A model generated the notes under the pieces. That model ran no database searches. It was not told the DNA's origin and worked only from the letters and a program-made list of their open reading frames with translations. Position numbers and translations under genes: made by a program. A stretch of 64,000 nt of DNA from Mustelus asterias (Eukaryota): positions 54,498,001-54,562,000 of the forward strand of contig NC_135810.1 in assembly GCF_964213995.1 (NCBI RefSeq). Reading direction: 5' to 3'. Positions 24,635 through 37,990 of the stretch are shown here, one piece after another. Positions within the stretch are counted from its first letter, which is position 1, and each line of letters opens with the position of its first letter.

Positions 24635-27430
24635 TGCATACAAAATCGCAAAGATTAGTGGAAAACGAGAGGGTTGGGAAATCTTTAAAGGCCAACAGAG
24701 ATCTGCAAAAAAACTATAAAGAAAAGTGAGATAGACTATGAGAGTAAACTAGTTCAGAATACAAAAACAGATAGCAAAAGTTTCTACAGATATATAAAAA
24801 GAAAAAGAGCGGCGAAGGTAAACATAGAGGCTAAGCAGGGGGATTTAATAATGGGAAATGAGGAAGTGGCCGAGGCATTGAACAGGTATTTTGTGTCGGA
24901 CTTCACAGTGGAAAACACAAATAACATGCCCAAAATTGATGACGAGAAGGCAATGACAGGTGAGAATCTAGAAACGATCATTATCACTAAAGAAGCAGTG
25001 TTAGGTAAGTTAATGGGGCTAAAGGTAGTGTTATGGTTGAGGTTAGAAACTCGTAACGTATTTTATGAAGCCCATCTGAATCATAAATGTTGTATCTTGA
25101 ATTTGGCTAGGATGAACATGATATATTCCACTTCAGGTGTGATTCAAAAGACCCAAGGAAGCTTTTGTGGAACAAAGTTTATTTAAGAACATAGTTAACG
25201 TGTATAGTAAGAAAATTAGCAAGAATTTTTTCAAATGCAAACAAGAAACAAAACAACCGCTATAATGTATAAAACCCTTAACAAAGATATCTACTGTGTT
25301 CCAATCAAACCAAAACCCTTGCCATAGAGAAAACCCTTTAAACATGTTCAGCAAAGTCTACTGCTCACGTGATAAGGGAGATTGAGTCCTTTGGTTGAAG
25401 TCTGCAGCTCTCTGGATTTATTCTGCACACTTTGAAGACAAGGCAGCTTCCCAACGCACCAGAGAGACTCTGGTCCAGCCCCATCAACAGCAGATATTCA
25501 CCCTTCAGGAAAACAGGAGAATTTCCAAAGAAAACAAAACCGGGAGAGAGAGAGAAAACAATTCCTTTTATCTTGCTGTCTTCTAAAACTCAAACCTGCA
25601 GCTCTGAACTGAAAAGTAAAAAACCGTCCAAAAACACATGACCATCCTCATAACAATGCAGGATTGCAAAGCTAATTCCAAAGCAAACACCACAAACAAC
25701 CCCATTTAAGACACTTGAGCAATAAAAGGACATTTCCAGTCAAGCCGGCAACAATGACGTCACTGAAGCTATGAGCTAAGAAACCACTGAAGCTGTGAAA
25801 GCTGCAGAAGTCATGTTTTTAAAAAAAAACTTTCTTAAAGGTACACTAGCATCACAGTAGACAAGTCTCCTGGCCTTGAAGGAATGCATCCCAGGATACT
25901 AAAAGAGACGGTGGGGGAAATAGCAAATGCACTCGTGGTAATTTATCAAAATTCGCTGGACTCTGGGACGGTTCCAGCAGATTGGAAAGCAGCAAATGTG
26001 ACGCCACTGTTTAAAAGAGGAGATAGAAAAATGGTGGGTAACTATAGGCCAGTTAGCTTAACTTCTGTAGTGGGGAAAATGCTTGAAGCTATCATCAAGG
26101 AAGAAATAGTGAGACATCTGAATAGAAATTGTCCCATTGGGAAAACACACGATGGGTTCATGAAAGGCAGGTCACACTTAACTAATTGAATGAAATTCTT
26201 TGAGGACATTACGAGCATAGTGGACAATGGGGAACTGGTAGATGTGGTGTATCTGGATTTCCAGAAGGCATTTGACGAGGTGCCGCACAGAAGGCATTTG
26301 ACGAAGTGCCGCACAAAAGGCTGTTGCATCAGATAAAGATGCACGGCATTACGGGTAATGTATTAGCATGGATAGAGGATTGGTTAACTAACAGAAAGCG
26401 AAGAGTGGGAATAAGTGTGTGTTTTCCTGGTTGGCGATCAGTGACTAGTGGTATGCCTCGGGGATCAGTGTTGGGACCGCAATTATTTACAATTTACATA
26501 GATGATTGGGGACAAAGTGTAGTGTGTCAAAGTTCGCAGATGACACTAAGATAAGTGGTAGAGCAAAGTGTGCAGAGGACACTATAAAAGTCTGCAAAGA
26601 GATATAGAGAGTTTAAGTGAGTAGGCAAGGGTCTGGCAGATAGAATACAATGTTGGTAAATGTGAGGCCATCCATTTTGATAGGAATAACAGCAAAGTGG
26701 ACTATTATTTAAATGGTAAAAAATTGCAGCTTGCAGAGGGACCTGGGTGTCCTTGTACATGAATCCCAAAAATGCAGGTGCAGCAGGTAATTAAGAAGGC
26801 AAATGGAATTTTGTCCTCGAAAGCTAGTGGGATGGAGTTTAAAAACAGGGAGGTTATGTTGCAGCTATATAAGGTGCTGGGGAGGCCACACCTGGAGTAC
26901 TGTGTACAGTTTTGGTCTCCTTACTTGAGAAAGGATGTCCTGGCGCTGGAGGGGGTGCAGAGGAGATTCACTCGGTTGATTCCGAGTTGAGAAGGTTGGC
27001 TTATGAGAAGAGACTGAGTAGACTGAGATTATACTCTTTGGAATTGAGAAGAATGAGGGGGGTGTTATGGAAACATATAAAATTATGAAGGGAATAGATA
27101 AGATAGAAGTAGGGAGGTTGTTTCCACTGGGGGGTGAAACCTGAAAATAAGGGGGAGCAGATTCAGGATTGAGTTGAGGAGGAACTTCTTCACCCAAAGG
27201 GTTGTGACTTTGTGGAATTCCCTGTCCAGTGAAGCAGTTGGGACTACCGGATTGAGAGTTTTTAAGGCAAAGGTAGATGTATTTTTGAACAGTAAAGGAA
27301 TTAAGGGCTGTGGTGAGCGGGTGGGTAAGTGGAGCTGAGTCCATGAAAAGATCAGCCATGATCTAATTGAATGGCGGAGCAGGGTTGAAGGGCCAAATGG
27401 CCTACTCCTGCTCTGAGTTCTTGTGTTCTT
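24635..27430 (+). mobile_element. CR1 LINE (ORF2, degenerate) interrupted by a solo LTR
   Basis: HPRILKET...PADWKAANVTPLFKRG...NYRPVSLTSVVGK, GSVLGPQLFTIYIDD, RPHLEYCVQFWSP; 3' tail at ~27400. Confidence 0.9.
25029..25856 (-). mobile_element. Solo LTR, 828 bp
   Basis: TG...CA termini with 4-bp target-site duplication GTAG (25025-28, 25857-60); removal restores CR1 sequence gggctaaaggtagacaagtctcctgg. Strand inferred only from minus-strand AATAAA near 25178. Confidence 0.85.
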
Positions 27431-27519
27431 TTTAAAAATCAATATATTTTAGCCTGAGTTCCTGCACAGATTCTGCAGATTCCAGACTATAGCCAGTACA
27501 CATGGTTGCATACCCATGG

Positions 27520-27812
27520 TTCATGGAATCATAGAATCCATACAGTGCAGAAAGAGGTCATTCAGCCCATTGAGCTTGCACTGGCAACATCCCACCCAGG
27601 CCCTATTCCTGTCAGCCCCATTGCCAAATTCCCTGACACTCAAGGAACAATTGCGCATGTAACCTGCACATCTTTGGACTGTGGGAGGAAATTGCACAGA
27701 CACGGGAAGAATGCGCAAACTCCACAAAGACAGTTACCCAAGGCTGGAATTAAACCCAGGTCCCTGGTGCTGTGAGGTGGCAGTGCTAACCACTGTGCCA
27801 CCATGCTGCCCA
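27520..27812 (-). mobile_element. HE1-type SINE
   Basis: Reverse complement homologous to 3738-4068. Confidence 0.8.
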
Positions 27813-29838
27813 CATAGAAACATAGAAGATCGGAGCAAGAGGAGGGAGGCCATTTGGCTATTCGAGCCTGCTCCGCCATTCACTGAGATCATGGCTGGTC
27901 ATCCAACTCAATAGCTTAATCCTGCTTTTTGCCCATAACCTTTGATCCTATTTGCCCCAAGTGCTATATCCAGCCGCCTCTTGAATGCATTCAATGTTTT
28001 GGCATCAACTACTTCCTGTGGTAATGAATTTCACAGGTTTACCACTCTTTGGGTGAAGAAATGTCTCCTCATCTCCGTCCTAAATGGTCTATCTTGAATC
28101 CTCAGACTGTGATCCCTGGTTCTGGACTCCCCCACCATCGGGAACATCCGCCCTGCATCTATCCTATCTAGGCCTGTTAGAATTTTATAAGTCTCTATGA
28201 AATCCTCCCTCATTCATCTGAACTCCAGCGAAAACAATCCTAACCGAGTCAATCTCTCCTCATACATCAATCCCGCCATCCCTGGAATCCGCCGGGTTAA
28301 CCTTCGCTGCATTCCCTCGAGAGCAAGAACGTCCTTCCTCAGAAAAGGAGACCAAAACTGCACACAATACTTTAGGTGTGGCCTCACCGAGGCCCTGTAT
28401 AGTTGCTACAACACATCCCTGCTGCTGTACTCAAAAACTCTCGCGATGAAGGCCATCATGCCATTTGCCGCCTTTACCGCCTGCTACACCTGCATGCTTA
28501 CCTGAAGTGACTGGTGCACAAGGAAACCCAGGTCCCGCTGCACACTCCCCTCTCCCAATTTACAGCCATTCAGGTAGTAATCTCCGCCTTGTTTTTGCTT
28601 CCAAAGTGAATAACCTCACACTTATCCTAATTATACTGCATCTGCCATTGATTAGCCCACTCACCCAACCTGTCCAGATCATTCTGAAGGATCTCTGCAT
28701 CCTGGTCGCAGTTCACCCTCCCACCCAACTTGGCTTCATCTGCAAACTTCGAGATGTTACATTTTGTTCCCTCATCCAAATCATGAATATATATTGTGAA
28801 TAACTGGGGTCCCAGCACTGATCCCTGTGGCACCCTACTAGTTACTGCCTGCCAATTTGAAAAGCACCCATTAATTCCTATTTGTTGTTTCCTCTCTGCC
28901 GATCAGTTTTCTATCCATCTCAATACACTTCCTCCAATCCCATGCACTTTAATCTTGCACAATAATCTCTTGCGCGGAAGTTTGTCAAACGCTTTCTGAA
29001 AGTCCAAATATACCACATCTACTAGTTCCCCCTTGTCAACTCTACTAGTTACATCTTCAAAGAATTCCAACAGATTTGTCAAATCCACGCTGACTGTCTG
29101 ATCCTGCCACTGCTTTCTAAATGCTATAAAATCCTTGATCGTGGATTCGAGACTTTTCCCCACTACCAGTGTTAAGCTTACTGGTCTATTATTCCCTGTT
29201 TTCTCTCTACCTCCCTTTTTGAATATTGGAGTGACATTCGCTACCCTCCAATCTGCAGGGACTGTTCCAGAGTCTATGGAATCCTGGAAGATGATCACCA
29301 ATGCATCTACTATTTCTAGAGCCACTTCCTTCCGTACTCTGGGATGTAGATTATCAGGCCCTGGGGATTTATCTGCCTTCAATCTCATCAGCTTTCCCAG
29401 TACCACTGCTCTACTAATATTGATCTCCCTCAGTTCTTCCCTCTCACTAAATCTTGCATACGCCAACATTTCTGGTATCTGATTTGTGTCCTCTTTTGTA
29501 AAGACAGAACCAAAGTATATATTCAGTTGCTCGGCCATTTCTTTGTCCCCTCTTATACATTTCCCCGTTTTTGTCTGCAGAGGACCTACATTTGTCTTCA
29601 CCAACCTCTTTCTCTTTACATATCTATAGAAACTCTTAGTGTCAGTCTTTATGTTCCCTGCAAACTTACTTCCGTACTGTATTTTCCCCATCTTAATCAA
29701 TCCCTTGGTCCTTCTTTGCTGAAATCTAAACTGCTCCCAATCCTCAGACCTATTATTTTTCTTGGCCAATCTGTATGCTTCTTCCTTAGAGCAGATATGC
29801 TCTCTAATTTCCTTTATAAGCCATGGATTGGCCCACTT
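27813..29838 (-). mobile_element. CR1 LINE ORF2 and 3' tail
   Basis: KSPGPDNLHPRV, PADWRVANVTPIFKKG, VYLDFQKAFDK, PQGSVLGPQLFTIYIHDL...KFADE; several frameshifts. Confidence 0.92.
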
Positions 29839-30380
29839 ACAACATCAGGTTAAAGTCCAACAGATTTATTTGGTAGCACAAGCTTTCGGAGTGTCGCTCC
29901 TTCTTCAGGTGAGTGAAGAGTTGTGTTCACAAACAGGGCATGCATAGACACAGATTCAATTTACAAGATAATGGTTGGAATGCGAGTCTTTACAGGTAAT
30001 CAAGTCTTTACAGGTACAGACGATGTGAGTGGAGAGAGGGTTAAGCACAGGTTAAAGAGGTGCGAACTGTCTCAGCCAGGACAGTCAGTGATATTTTGCA
30101 AGCCCAGGCAAGTTGTGGGGGTTACAGGTAGTGTGATATGAACCCAAGATCCCGGTTGAGGCCATCCTCAATGGATGAATGAAGACTGCTCGACAATCGC
30201 CAGGCAGGAGTGTTCTCTTCCTGTCGGGGAACACTTCAGCAGTCACGGGCATTCAGCCTCTGATCTTCGGGTAAGCGTTCTCCAAGGTGGCCTTCACGAC
30301 ACACGACAATGCAGAATTGCCGAGCAAAAACTGATAGCCAAGTTCCGCACACATGAGAACGGCCTCAACCAGGATCTTGG
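29838..30380 (-). mobile_element. Penelope-like element terminal fragment (rearranged) with hammerhead motif
   Basis: Homologous to 44630-44990; an inverted piece from ~30170 encodes GIY-YIG C-terminal LPVGEHFS...AEQKLIAKFRTHENGLN on the + strand. Confidence 0.8.
29877..29911 (-). ncRNA. Minimal hammerhead ribozyme motif (Penelope fragment)
   Basis: CAC-CUGAAGA-A-GGAGC-GAC-ACUCC-GAAA-GC-UU-GUG; stem II varies (G-U to A-U) while the core is conserved. Confidence 0.65.
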
Positions 30381-32617
30381 CCTTGACTCTAGCTGCAAGC
30401 CTCTTGAGGAACCATCACCCTCACCAATGTCCAGAACAGAGAACTCAATTGTTTATGGGATGGACTCGGGGGACTCCTGCATTAGGCTATCTGCCTGATG
30501 CTTCTAGATTGACTATTGCGTCTCTGTACTCTTTTAACTTGTAGTGTGATCGATCACCACCTTAAATGTGCTATCCATGACTCGGTCTCATAGCTGCGTC
30601 ATATTAACTTCAGTTGTCTCACAAGCTCTGAAATCCAGAGCTCAAGTTTCTGGTGACACTTCCTTAACTTGTAGGCATGTAGGCCACAGGAAGCAACCAC
30701 AACTTTCCACATGTTAAATGATGAACATTCCATGTCGCCAAATTATCCTGCCTGCCTTACCGTTACAGATTACCCATTATAAACTTGGAGATTAGAAACC
30801 CTAGACTGTACTGTTCCTAATACTACTAATAAAACCTCACAACGACTGCTAAAGTATCCGAGTTTTGAAAGTTGTGAGCAAAATGCTACAACCAGTCTCT
30901 TGCCTGTTTTCTCGGAATGTGACTGATCCATCGAGCATGAGATATTTTAAACTGGTCTACCACTCTCCGTGCTTTTTCAAGCTCAGTTAAGGTAGCTACT
31001 TGCATAAAAAGCACCTCCTCCCAATTCCCTCATTCACCAAATTCCCAAGTTCTCACCCTGTGACGAGCTGCAATCAGTGATCAGCTGCTGTTTTCATGCT
31101 TGCTCACTTAAAACAGTGTAATGATTATAAGTAAAGATGGAGTGGAACACGAAGGTTTGCAGAGTTTAACTGTAATAGTACATCGGGCAGTAAGATCTAT
31201 GCAGAGAATGGTAGTAAAAAAATTAAAGGCTCTATCTGAATCAGTATGGGTGGAAATTAGGAATAGCAAGGGTGAGTAAATACTGGTGGGAGTGGTTTAT
31301 AGGCCTCCTAACAATAGTTGCACCACTGGACAGAGGAATAAACAAGAAACCCTTGGGGCTTGTAGTAAAGATGATGGCTGAGATTTTCTGCTCCCTTTTG
31401 CATTGGGCAGGTTTGGTGGTGAGAGTTGCGAGAAGTCTTTAGGCGTGATAAATGACATAGATTTAGGGCGCGATTGCCCCTCCTCCCATTGGTGGCTGGT
31501 CACATTTCCTGTGTTCAACATCGGAATCTCAATGTAATATATTTGCATATCATTATCGGGCCCATAAGTTGGAATCATGCCCCCACGTCAAATTAAACTC
31601 AGAATGGTTTCAAGAGACACAAGCAGACAGACCTCCGAGGGCAACTTGGAGTTGAGTGAATTCAAGCTGGCACCTGTGAATCGGCTCTACATCTTCGTTT
31701 TGGGGTGGTGGGGGCACAGGCAGCTTTCTTGGCGGCTTTGTGGTGCCGGTGCTTCAATGCAAGCCTGAAGAGAGGGATATGAAGGGAAGCCTGGGGCAAA
31801 GGTTTCCAGGGAGGGGATGGAAGGGAAAGCCAGAGAACCGTCCAATTTTTGATCAGTGTAGGGCCCCCTGATCTCGGCACCTGAGATTGCTGGTTCACCT
31901 CTCCTTGCATGACATCCTGCCTCTTAACTTTCTTAAAACCCTTAATTTATTGGAAAATACAGTGGGAAGACCTGGCGAGGCAGCTGGTGGGCTATCCTCC
32001 GTTTTTCCTGCCTGAGACAACACCTGGAAAAGAAATGGGAAAATTCAGCCCAGGAACAGCATATGGCAGAATGAGAGTTACTCTTCAGTGACCAGAAAGG
32101 CTGCACCGAATGATCTTTTGGCAAATGAGCTCTTCAAATTCAGACACACGCACTCAGATCTGATGGGACGCAAGAAGCTAATTTTTTTTTAAAAATCCAT
32201 GCAAAATTATTTGGTATAATAAATTGCCTTGTTATATCATCAAAGGTTTCAAGATCTTCTTCATATATATGTCATTGTTATGTCATTGGAATAATGCTGA
32301 TCTGTATCCACGTCGTAACATTGGGTATAGCAACGATAAGTTATTAACCGAGGCAACATATAAGAGCCACATCAGCTAATTCTACATGGCATTTTAACAT
32401 AACAGCCCTCATGCTCTTCCATGTGTAATCGACAGCTGCAGGTACATTGTGGCATTTTTACAGCAGATGTAAATTGTGTACTTATACTACATCATCATAT
32501 TTTCATAAATATGTTTTCCAAAATGAAAATTGCACTCTTTGGCAATTAATACTACTGAATTACGAATTTAGTTTACTATTCTGTCCGAATAAAAATGAAA
32601 TGTTTGTTTATTTTTAG

Positions 32618-32706
32618 CGTTATTTTCGTAAAATGCGGAAGAGATTAAAGAAGGCTGAAACGTGGAAAAATCCAATTAATGGGAATGTTGGAATTAATGA
32701 AAATTT
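32618..32706 (+). CDS. Candidate micro-exon 2 of the SPATA31/FAM75-like gene
   Basis: Acceptor tttgtttatttttag|; phase-0 frame RYFRKMRKRLKKAETWKNPINGNVGINEN joins exon 1; donor gtaaag in phase 2 matches the phase of the giant-exon acceptor. Confidence 0.4.
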
Positions 32707-34842
32707 GTAAAGTTTGCAACCAATTTTGGAGATTAAAACATATTAATTGTATAGTTATTGATAATTCTGACATTTCTCTACTCTTTGACTTAGAGTCAAC
32801 TGAAACAGAGCAAGAGCTGGAAATTGACAAATGCGTGCCCTGACGTAAATATAAACGAGGTTTACATCGCATGAAAAAGTAAGTTTTAAATTTCAAAAGA
32901 TGTTCCAGAAAAGCATCAACAAGTACATGCCATTTTTCCTATTCATTTGCTAAAATCAGACATCTCAATGAAACTATAGTAGTTATTTTGGTGACTTCAG
33001 ACAAAGGACAATCACTTTCAGATGTCCATGGAATAATGGTAGCAGAGCAATGATGAATAACTTTCATAGAACACTATGAAGCATATGTAGCTGTCAGGAA
33101 AGCAATATGTTGAGCATCAAAAATATATTGTACCTTCCTCAAGGAATAGTGTTGAAAAAATGATGATAAAGTGCACGTTGTGTGTAATGTTTCTGTTGCT
33201 GGCAGGAGCCAGGTTTTTGTCCAAACTAGCAATATGTGAACAAGAAAGCAAATTTATCAAACTTTTCTCCCTTTCGATTCCTTACTTCAAGGGAAAATTA
33301 ATGAGGATTTAGAACGTATTATTAGTTCAGGAATTAGCATGGTTTGTTAAAGGCACATTGCATTGGCAAATTTTACTAGTTTTTTGAAAAACGAAGTGTG
33401 TATGGATTTTCAGAGGTATTCAGTCAAGTATCTCAAAAGAAGCTTGTCAGAAAAATATAAGTATGTTATATACAAGAGAAAACAAGTGATTAGTTTCGGG
33501 GGTTTTTCAGAGGCTAAGTATTGAGCTTAACTTTAGCTAATACAAAGACTCGCAACACAGTATCCTGGCGAAGGAAGTTTCTTTATTGACCAACGCAAGC
33601 TGGGAAAAGAAGGGTTGGGCAGTCCAACTCTTCTCTGAAGTTACATCACAGCGGCAGTACAATTATACAACTTCCAAAAGACATTTTACTCGCCTTCTGG
33701 CTCATCATCATTAATACAGATCAGTCATGATTAGTAAATGTCATATACCTTGGCCAATCACAGTTATTCTCTGACAGCATGGAAACAATAGGTTCTAGCG
33801 GTTTCTGCCTGACTTTCCCATGGCCACCTTCCTGGATTCTTCTCTGGCTTATTCATTAGCTGTCTGGAATCAGTAGTCTGTCCTTGTTCAATGAATATCT
33901 CATTCACTGAGCTGTCTGGTACCCATGCTGATAAGGGCTATGCTTCTATGGGTGTATTGTTATCAGGAATGTGGTTCACTTTACTGGCCTATTTCCCACA
34001 ATGCCTTCGAACCCAGTGCCTTTAGCCAAGATCCATGCCTGTTCAATAATACTTTCAAAAATACATGTTTGAATTATCTAACTGTGGTTATATGTGTTAC
34101 TATGCAGACAGTACCTCTGTAACATATATATGAAGCAGTCTGTGATTCTTATCTTAAGTTAATCCACTCTGTTCTAATAGTCTTTATTGGTGTTTTAAAT
34201 CCCAGAATAATTTGAAGTCCTCCAATAATGAGAAAGTTAGTTCACGGACAAGTAATTTAAGGCAAATGAATATTGCTTTGATGAGAGAACATTTGGAATT
34301 GATGTTACAGGGAACAGTGCTGGCTCTACTTGTATTTTTGTTGTAGATAAATGATTTTGATTTGGTCAAAAAGGACATAATTTTGAAATTTGTTGATACA
34401 AAAACAAAGGATGTAACAAATCGCAAGAGGAACTATATAGATTTCAGAATGACAGCAATTTAGCTACTTGTTTTCAGCCACTCTGATCTCTGTTAAATAG
34501 GAATTGGTGCGATAATGGATGAACCAGACACAAGACAGGATAAAACCCCTGGGCCGATGGATTCTATCCCCACACATTAAGAGAGGTTGGGGCAGAGTTA
34601 AGGAAGAGCTAGCAGAAGCACTATTAAATATCATTAGAAGATGGAATAGTGCCATAAGTTTAACAGTTAACGTGATGCCTAGATTTGAAAACTTGTTTAA
34701 GAACAAGTTCAGGGAACAATAGGCCAAATAGGTTAACTTCAGCAGTAAGAAATATAATGGAAACCTTATCAAAGATGGTGATATAGTAGTAATCCGGAGG
34801 CCCAGGCTAATGCGCTGGTGACATGGCGACATATCCCTCCAA

Positions 34843-35352
34843 AGAACAAAGAACAGTACAGCACAGGAAACAGGCCCTTTGGCCCCCAAAGCCTGAGCTG
34901 CTCATTGGTCCAACTAGACCAATCGTTTGTATCCCTCCATTCCCAGGCTGCTCATGTGACTATCCAGGTAAGTCTTAAACGATGTTAGCATGTCTGCCTC
35001 CACCATCCTACTTGGCAGCGCATTCCAGGCCCCCACCACCCTATGTGTAAAAAACATCCCTCTAATATCGGAGTTATACTTCGCCCCTCTCACCTTGAGC
35101 CCGTGACCCCTCGTGATCGTCACTTCTGATCTGGGAAAAAGCTTCCCACCATTCACCCTATCCATCCCCTTCATAATCTTGTACACCTCTATTCGATCTC
35201 CCCATATTCTCCATCTTTCCAGGGAGAACAACCCCAGTTTACCCAATCTCTCCTCGTAGCTAAAACCCTCCATACCAGGCAACATCCTGGTAAACCTTCT
35301 CTGCACTCTCTCTAACGCCTCCACGTCCTTCTGGTAGTGCGGCGACCAAAAC
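34843..35352 (-). mobile_element. CR1 (HER1-like) 3' end
   Basis: FWSPHYQKDVEALERVQRRFTRMLPG...WNALP plus tail; a more 5' CR1 piece lies at 37991-38820. Confidence 0.9.
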
Positions 35353-35483
35353 AATGCTGTGGGTCTGGAGTCACCTATAGGCAGCTTTCCTTCCCTAAAG
35401 GATGTTAGTGAACCAGATGGATTTCTGTAACAATCAATTATCGTTTCATGGTCACCATTACTTAGACTAGGGGAACGCTCGGG

Positions 35484-35838
35484 GTCCTGCTCCAGGTGAA
35501 AGGCCTGAGCTCCTCTGGAAGGGTGTCCGTCTCCCATGGACCAACCAGGAGTCCGGAGCACTTGGCCCAGTTGATCCTGGCGGAGGATGCGGCGGAGTAC
35601 ACCGCCTGGCATTCTCGCATCCTCCGCAGGTCAGCCGGGTGCGTGAACATGAGGAGCACGTCATTGGCGTAAGCCGACAGGACCACCCCTACGTCCGGGC
35701 CGCGCAGAGTCAGACCCGACAACCTCCTCCGCAAGAGGCGCAGGAATGGCTCGGCGCAAATCGAATACAGTTGGCCGGACAAGGGGCAGCCCTGCCGTAC
35801 TCCTCTCCCAAAGCGAAGGGGCGAGGACTCATCAGGTA
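35484..35838 (-). mobile_element. Tx1-clade L1 RT fragment (second copy of 37587-37942)
   Basis: SPLRFGRGVRQGCPLSGQLY...VVLSAYANDV. Confidence 0.88.
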
Positions 35839-37942
35839 TTTCTTTCGATACCAACCAAATAAACAAACTCAAACTAACTTAGGGACAAATTAAAAGGGGC
35901 AGCTCCCCAAAAAGAAGGGGGAACAGCCCGAACCAAAAACAAAGTCGAAAGGAAACTTAAAACATCAACCCAAAAGGTTATTATCAGGGTCGATAATACA
36001 CCCCAGCCCCTGCGGTGCCCAGCGGTCGCGGAAGGCGTCAACTGCGCCGGTGGACACCGTATGCTCCCTCTCCAGAGACACCTGGCCGCGAATGAGCCGC
36101 GGTAGAGGGGCAGACAGTCAGGATGGACGGGCCCGTTGATCGCTCGCTGCGTGGACCTATTGATGGCGCATCTCGCCAGGCCCAGGAGTAGGTTCACGAG
36201 GAGGTCGGCATCCCGATCCGCCCCTCTCTGCACCAGGTGCCCGTAGATCAGGAGCGTGGTACTGAAGTGTAAACAAAACATCAGTAAAAGTTGTTTGAGG
36301 AAACCAAAAAGGGTGTGCAGTCTCAAACACAGAACATAGACATGGTCCACGGACTCCACAAGGCCACAAAAAGGGCAGTCTTGGGAGCCCGTGAACCAGA
36401 AAAACCTACAGTTGTACAGCACTGCTGCGTGCAGCACCCTCCACCCCAGGTCCCCAAGATAATTGGGGGAGATCCCTCCGTAGAGGGACCTCCACTGGGG
36501 ACCTCCGCCGCTTGGCGGCAACAAGACCCGCCAAGATGTATCCGGGCGACAGGCGAGGACGCGGTAATGAAAGGTGTGCAGCAGCAGCCCGTACAGGAAA
36601 CGCCTCCGCGCGGTGGAAAAGGGCACGGAGGACATTTCCGCGAGGCAGCACATGCAGTGGGGCACCTGACCCGGGGGGGGGAGGTTTAGGCTTTGGACCA
36701 ATGTGAAATTCCGTCCGAGCAGGGAAACGCTTGGGCAGGATCCCACCGCAAGCCTGCGCCGCCTCCAGACCGCGTGCGCACTCAGGGCCGAGCACGACCG
36801 TCTTAAGGTCTTGGATGGCTTTGGCCGCGCGCCAGACGGCCACCCCCGCGCGCTCAGCCAGCATGTGGGGGCTCATCCAGCCCGATCCTCCGCCATCCAG
36901 CACGTCCCCGATCCTGGTCACCCCGCCGACCGCGGCCCTCCTCTCCGCCAGCCACCTGAAGTTGTAAGGCTGGAGGTGCGAATTCCTGAGCAACGGCTCT
37001 CGCACAAGAGCCGCTACTCCTGACGGAGGAGAGCTGCGTCGCGAGGCGACCGCGTTCCAGACCGTAAGGAGGTCCTGGTAAAAGACGGGCAACTCCCGCA
37101 AGGAGGTCGGAATACGCCCCAGGTTGATATGCAGGAGCTGCACGTCGTAGTTGAGGCCATGCAACTGGCGGAAAAAATACGTCGCCATCGTGGAGGAGGC
37201 TCGACGTAAAGGTATCTCTGCAGGGTCTGGAGGGGGAAGGTCGCTACCTATGTGCGGAGGCACACCAGACCTTGTCCGCCCTCCTCAAGCGGGAGATGCA
37301 GAAGCTCGGCAGAGACCCAGTGCAGTCGGTTGTCCCAGAAGAACCGCACGACGGCTTACTGCATTTCGGTGACAAAGCCAGGGGGAGGGGTCAAAGTGAC
37401 CAGCCAGTGCCACAGCATGGAGGCGACCAGCTGGTTTATGACGAGAACTCGTGCCCTGTAGGACAGCACTCGGAGCAGTCCTGTCCAGCGACCCAGGCGG
37501 GCGGAGACTTTGGCCTCCAGCTCCTGCCAGTTCGCCGGCCAGGATTCCTCGGCTGGGCAGAGATGGACCCCCAGGTAGAGGAGGTTGGTCCTGCTCCAGG
37601 TGAAAGGCCTGAGCTCCTCCGGAAGGGGGTCCGTCTCCCACGGACCAACCAGGAGTCCGGAGCACTTGGCCCAGTTGATCCTGGCAGAGGACGCGGCGGA
37701 GTACACCACCTGGCATTCTCGCATCCTCCGCAGGTCAGCCGGGTCCGTGAACATGAGGAGCACGTCATCGGCGTAGGCCGACAGGACCACCCCTACGTCC
37801 GGGCCGCGCAGAGTCAAACCCAACAACCTCCTCCGCAAGAGGCGCAGGAATGGCACCACGCACACAGAATAAAGTTGGTCGGACAGGGGGCAGCCTTGCC
37901 GTACTCCTCTCCCAAAGCGAAGGGGCGAGGACTCATCAGGTA
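35839..37942 (-). mobile_element. Tx1-clade L1 retrotransposon, 5'-truncated
   Basis: RGVRQGCPLS, SAYADDV, YLGV, LSYRARVLVINQLVASMLW, C-terminal DLGWRVLH...CPFCGLVESVDHVYVLC zinc motif; GC-rich; 3' UTR ends in gaaagaaa. Confidence 0.92.
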
Positions 37943-37990
37943 GTTCATACTCGAGCAAGCCAACCTCATTACCCTGGCTGAAGTCATCAC

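Noticed and set aside
33520-34000. Possible second solo LTR
   Set aside because: LTR-like composition and a minus-strand AATAAA, but no clear TG...CA ends with a TSD.
37936-37990. C/D-box snoRNA-like pattern (GTGATGA...CTGA) on the minus strand
   Set aside because: Only ~55 nt, no convincing terminal stem, no rRNA/snRNA antisense element recognised.
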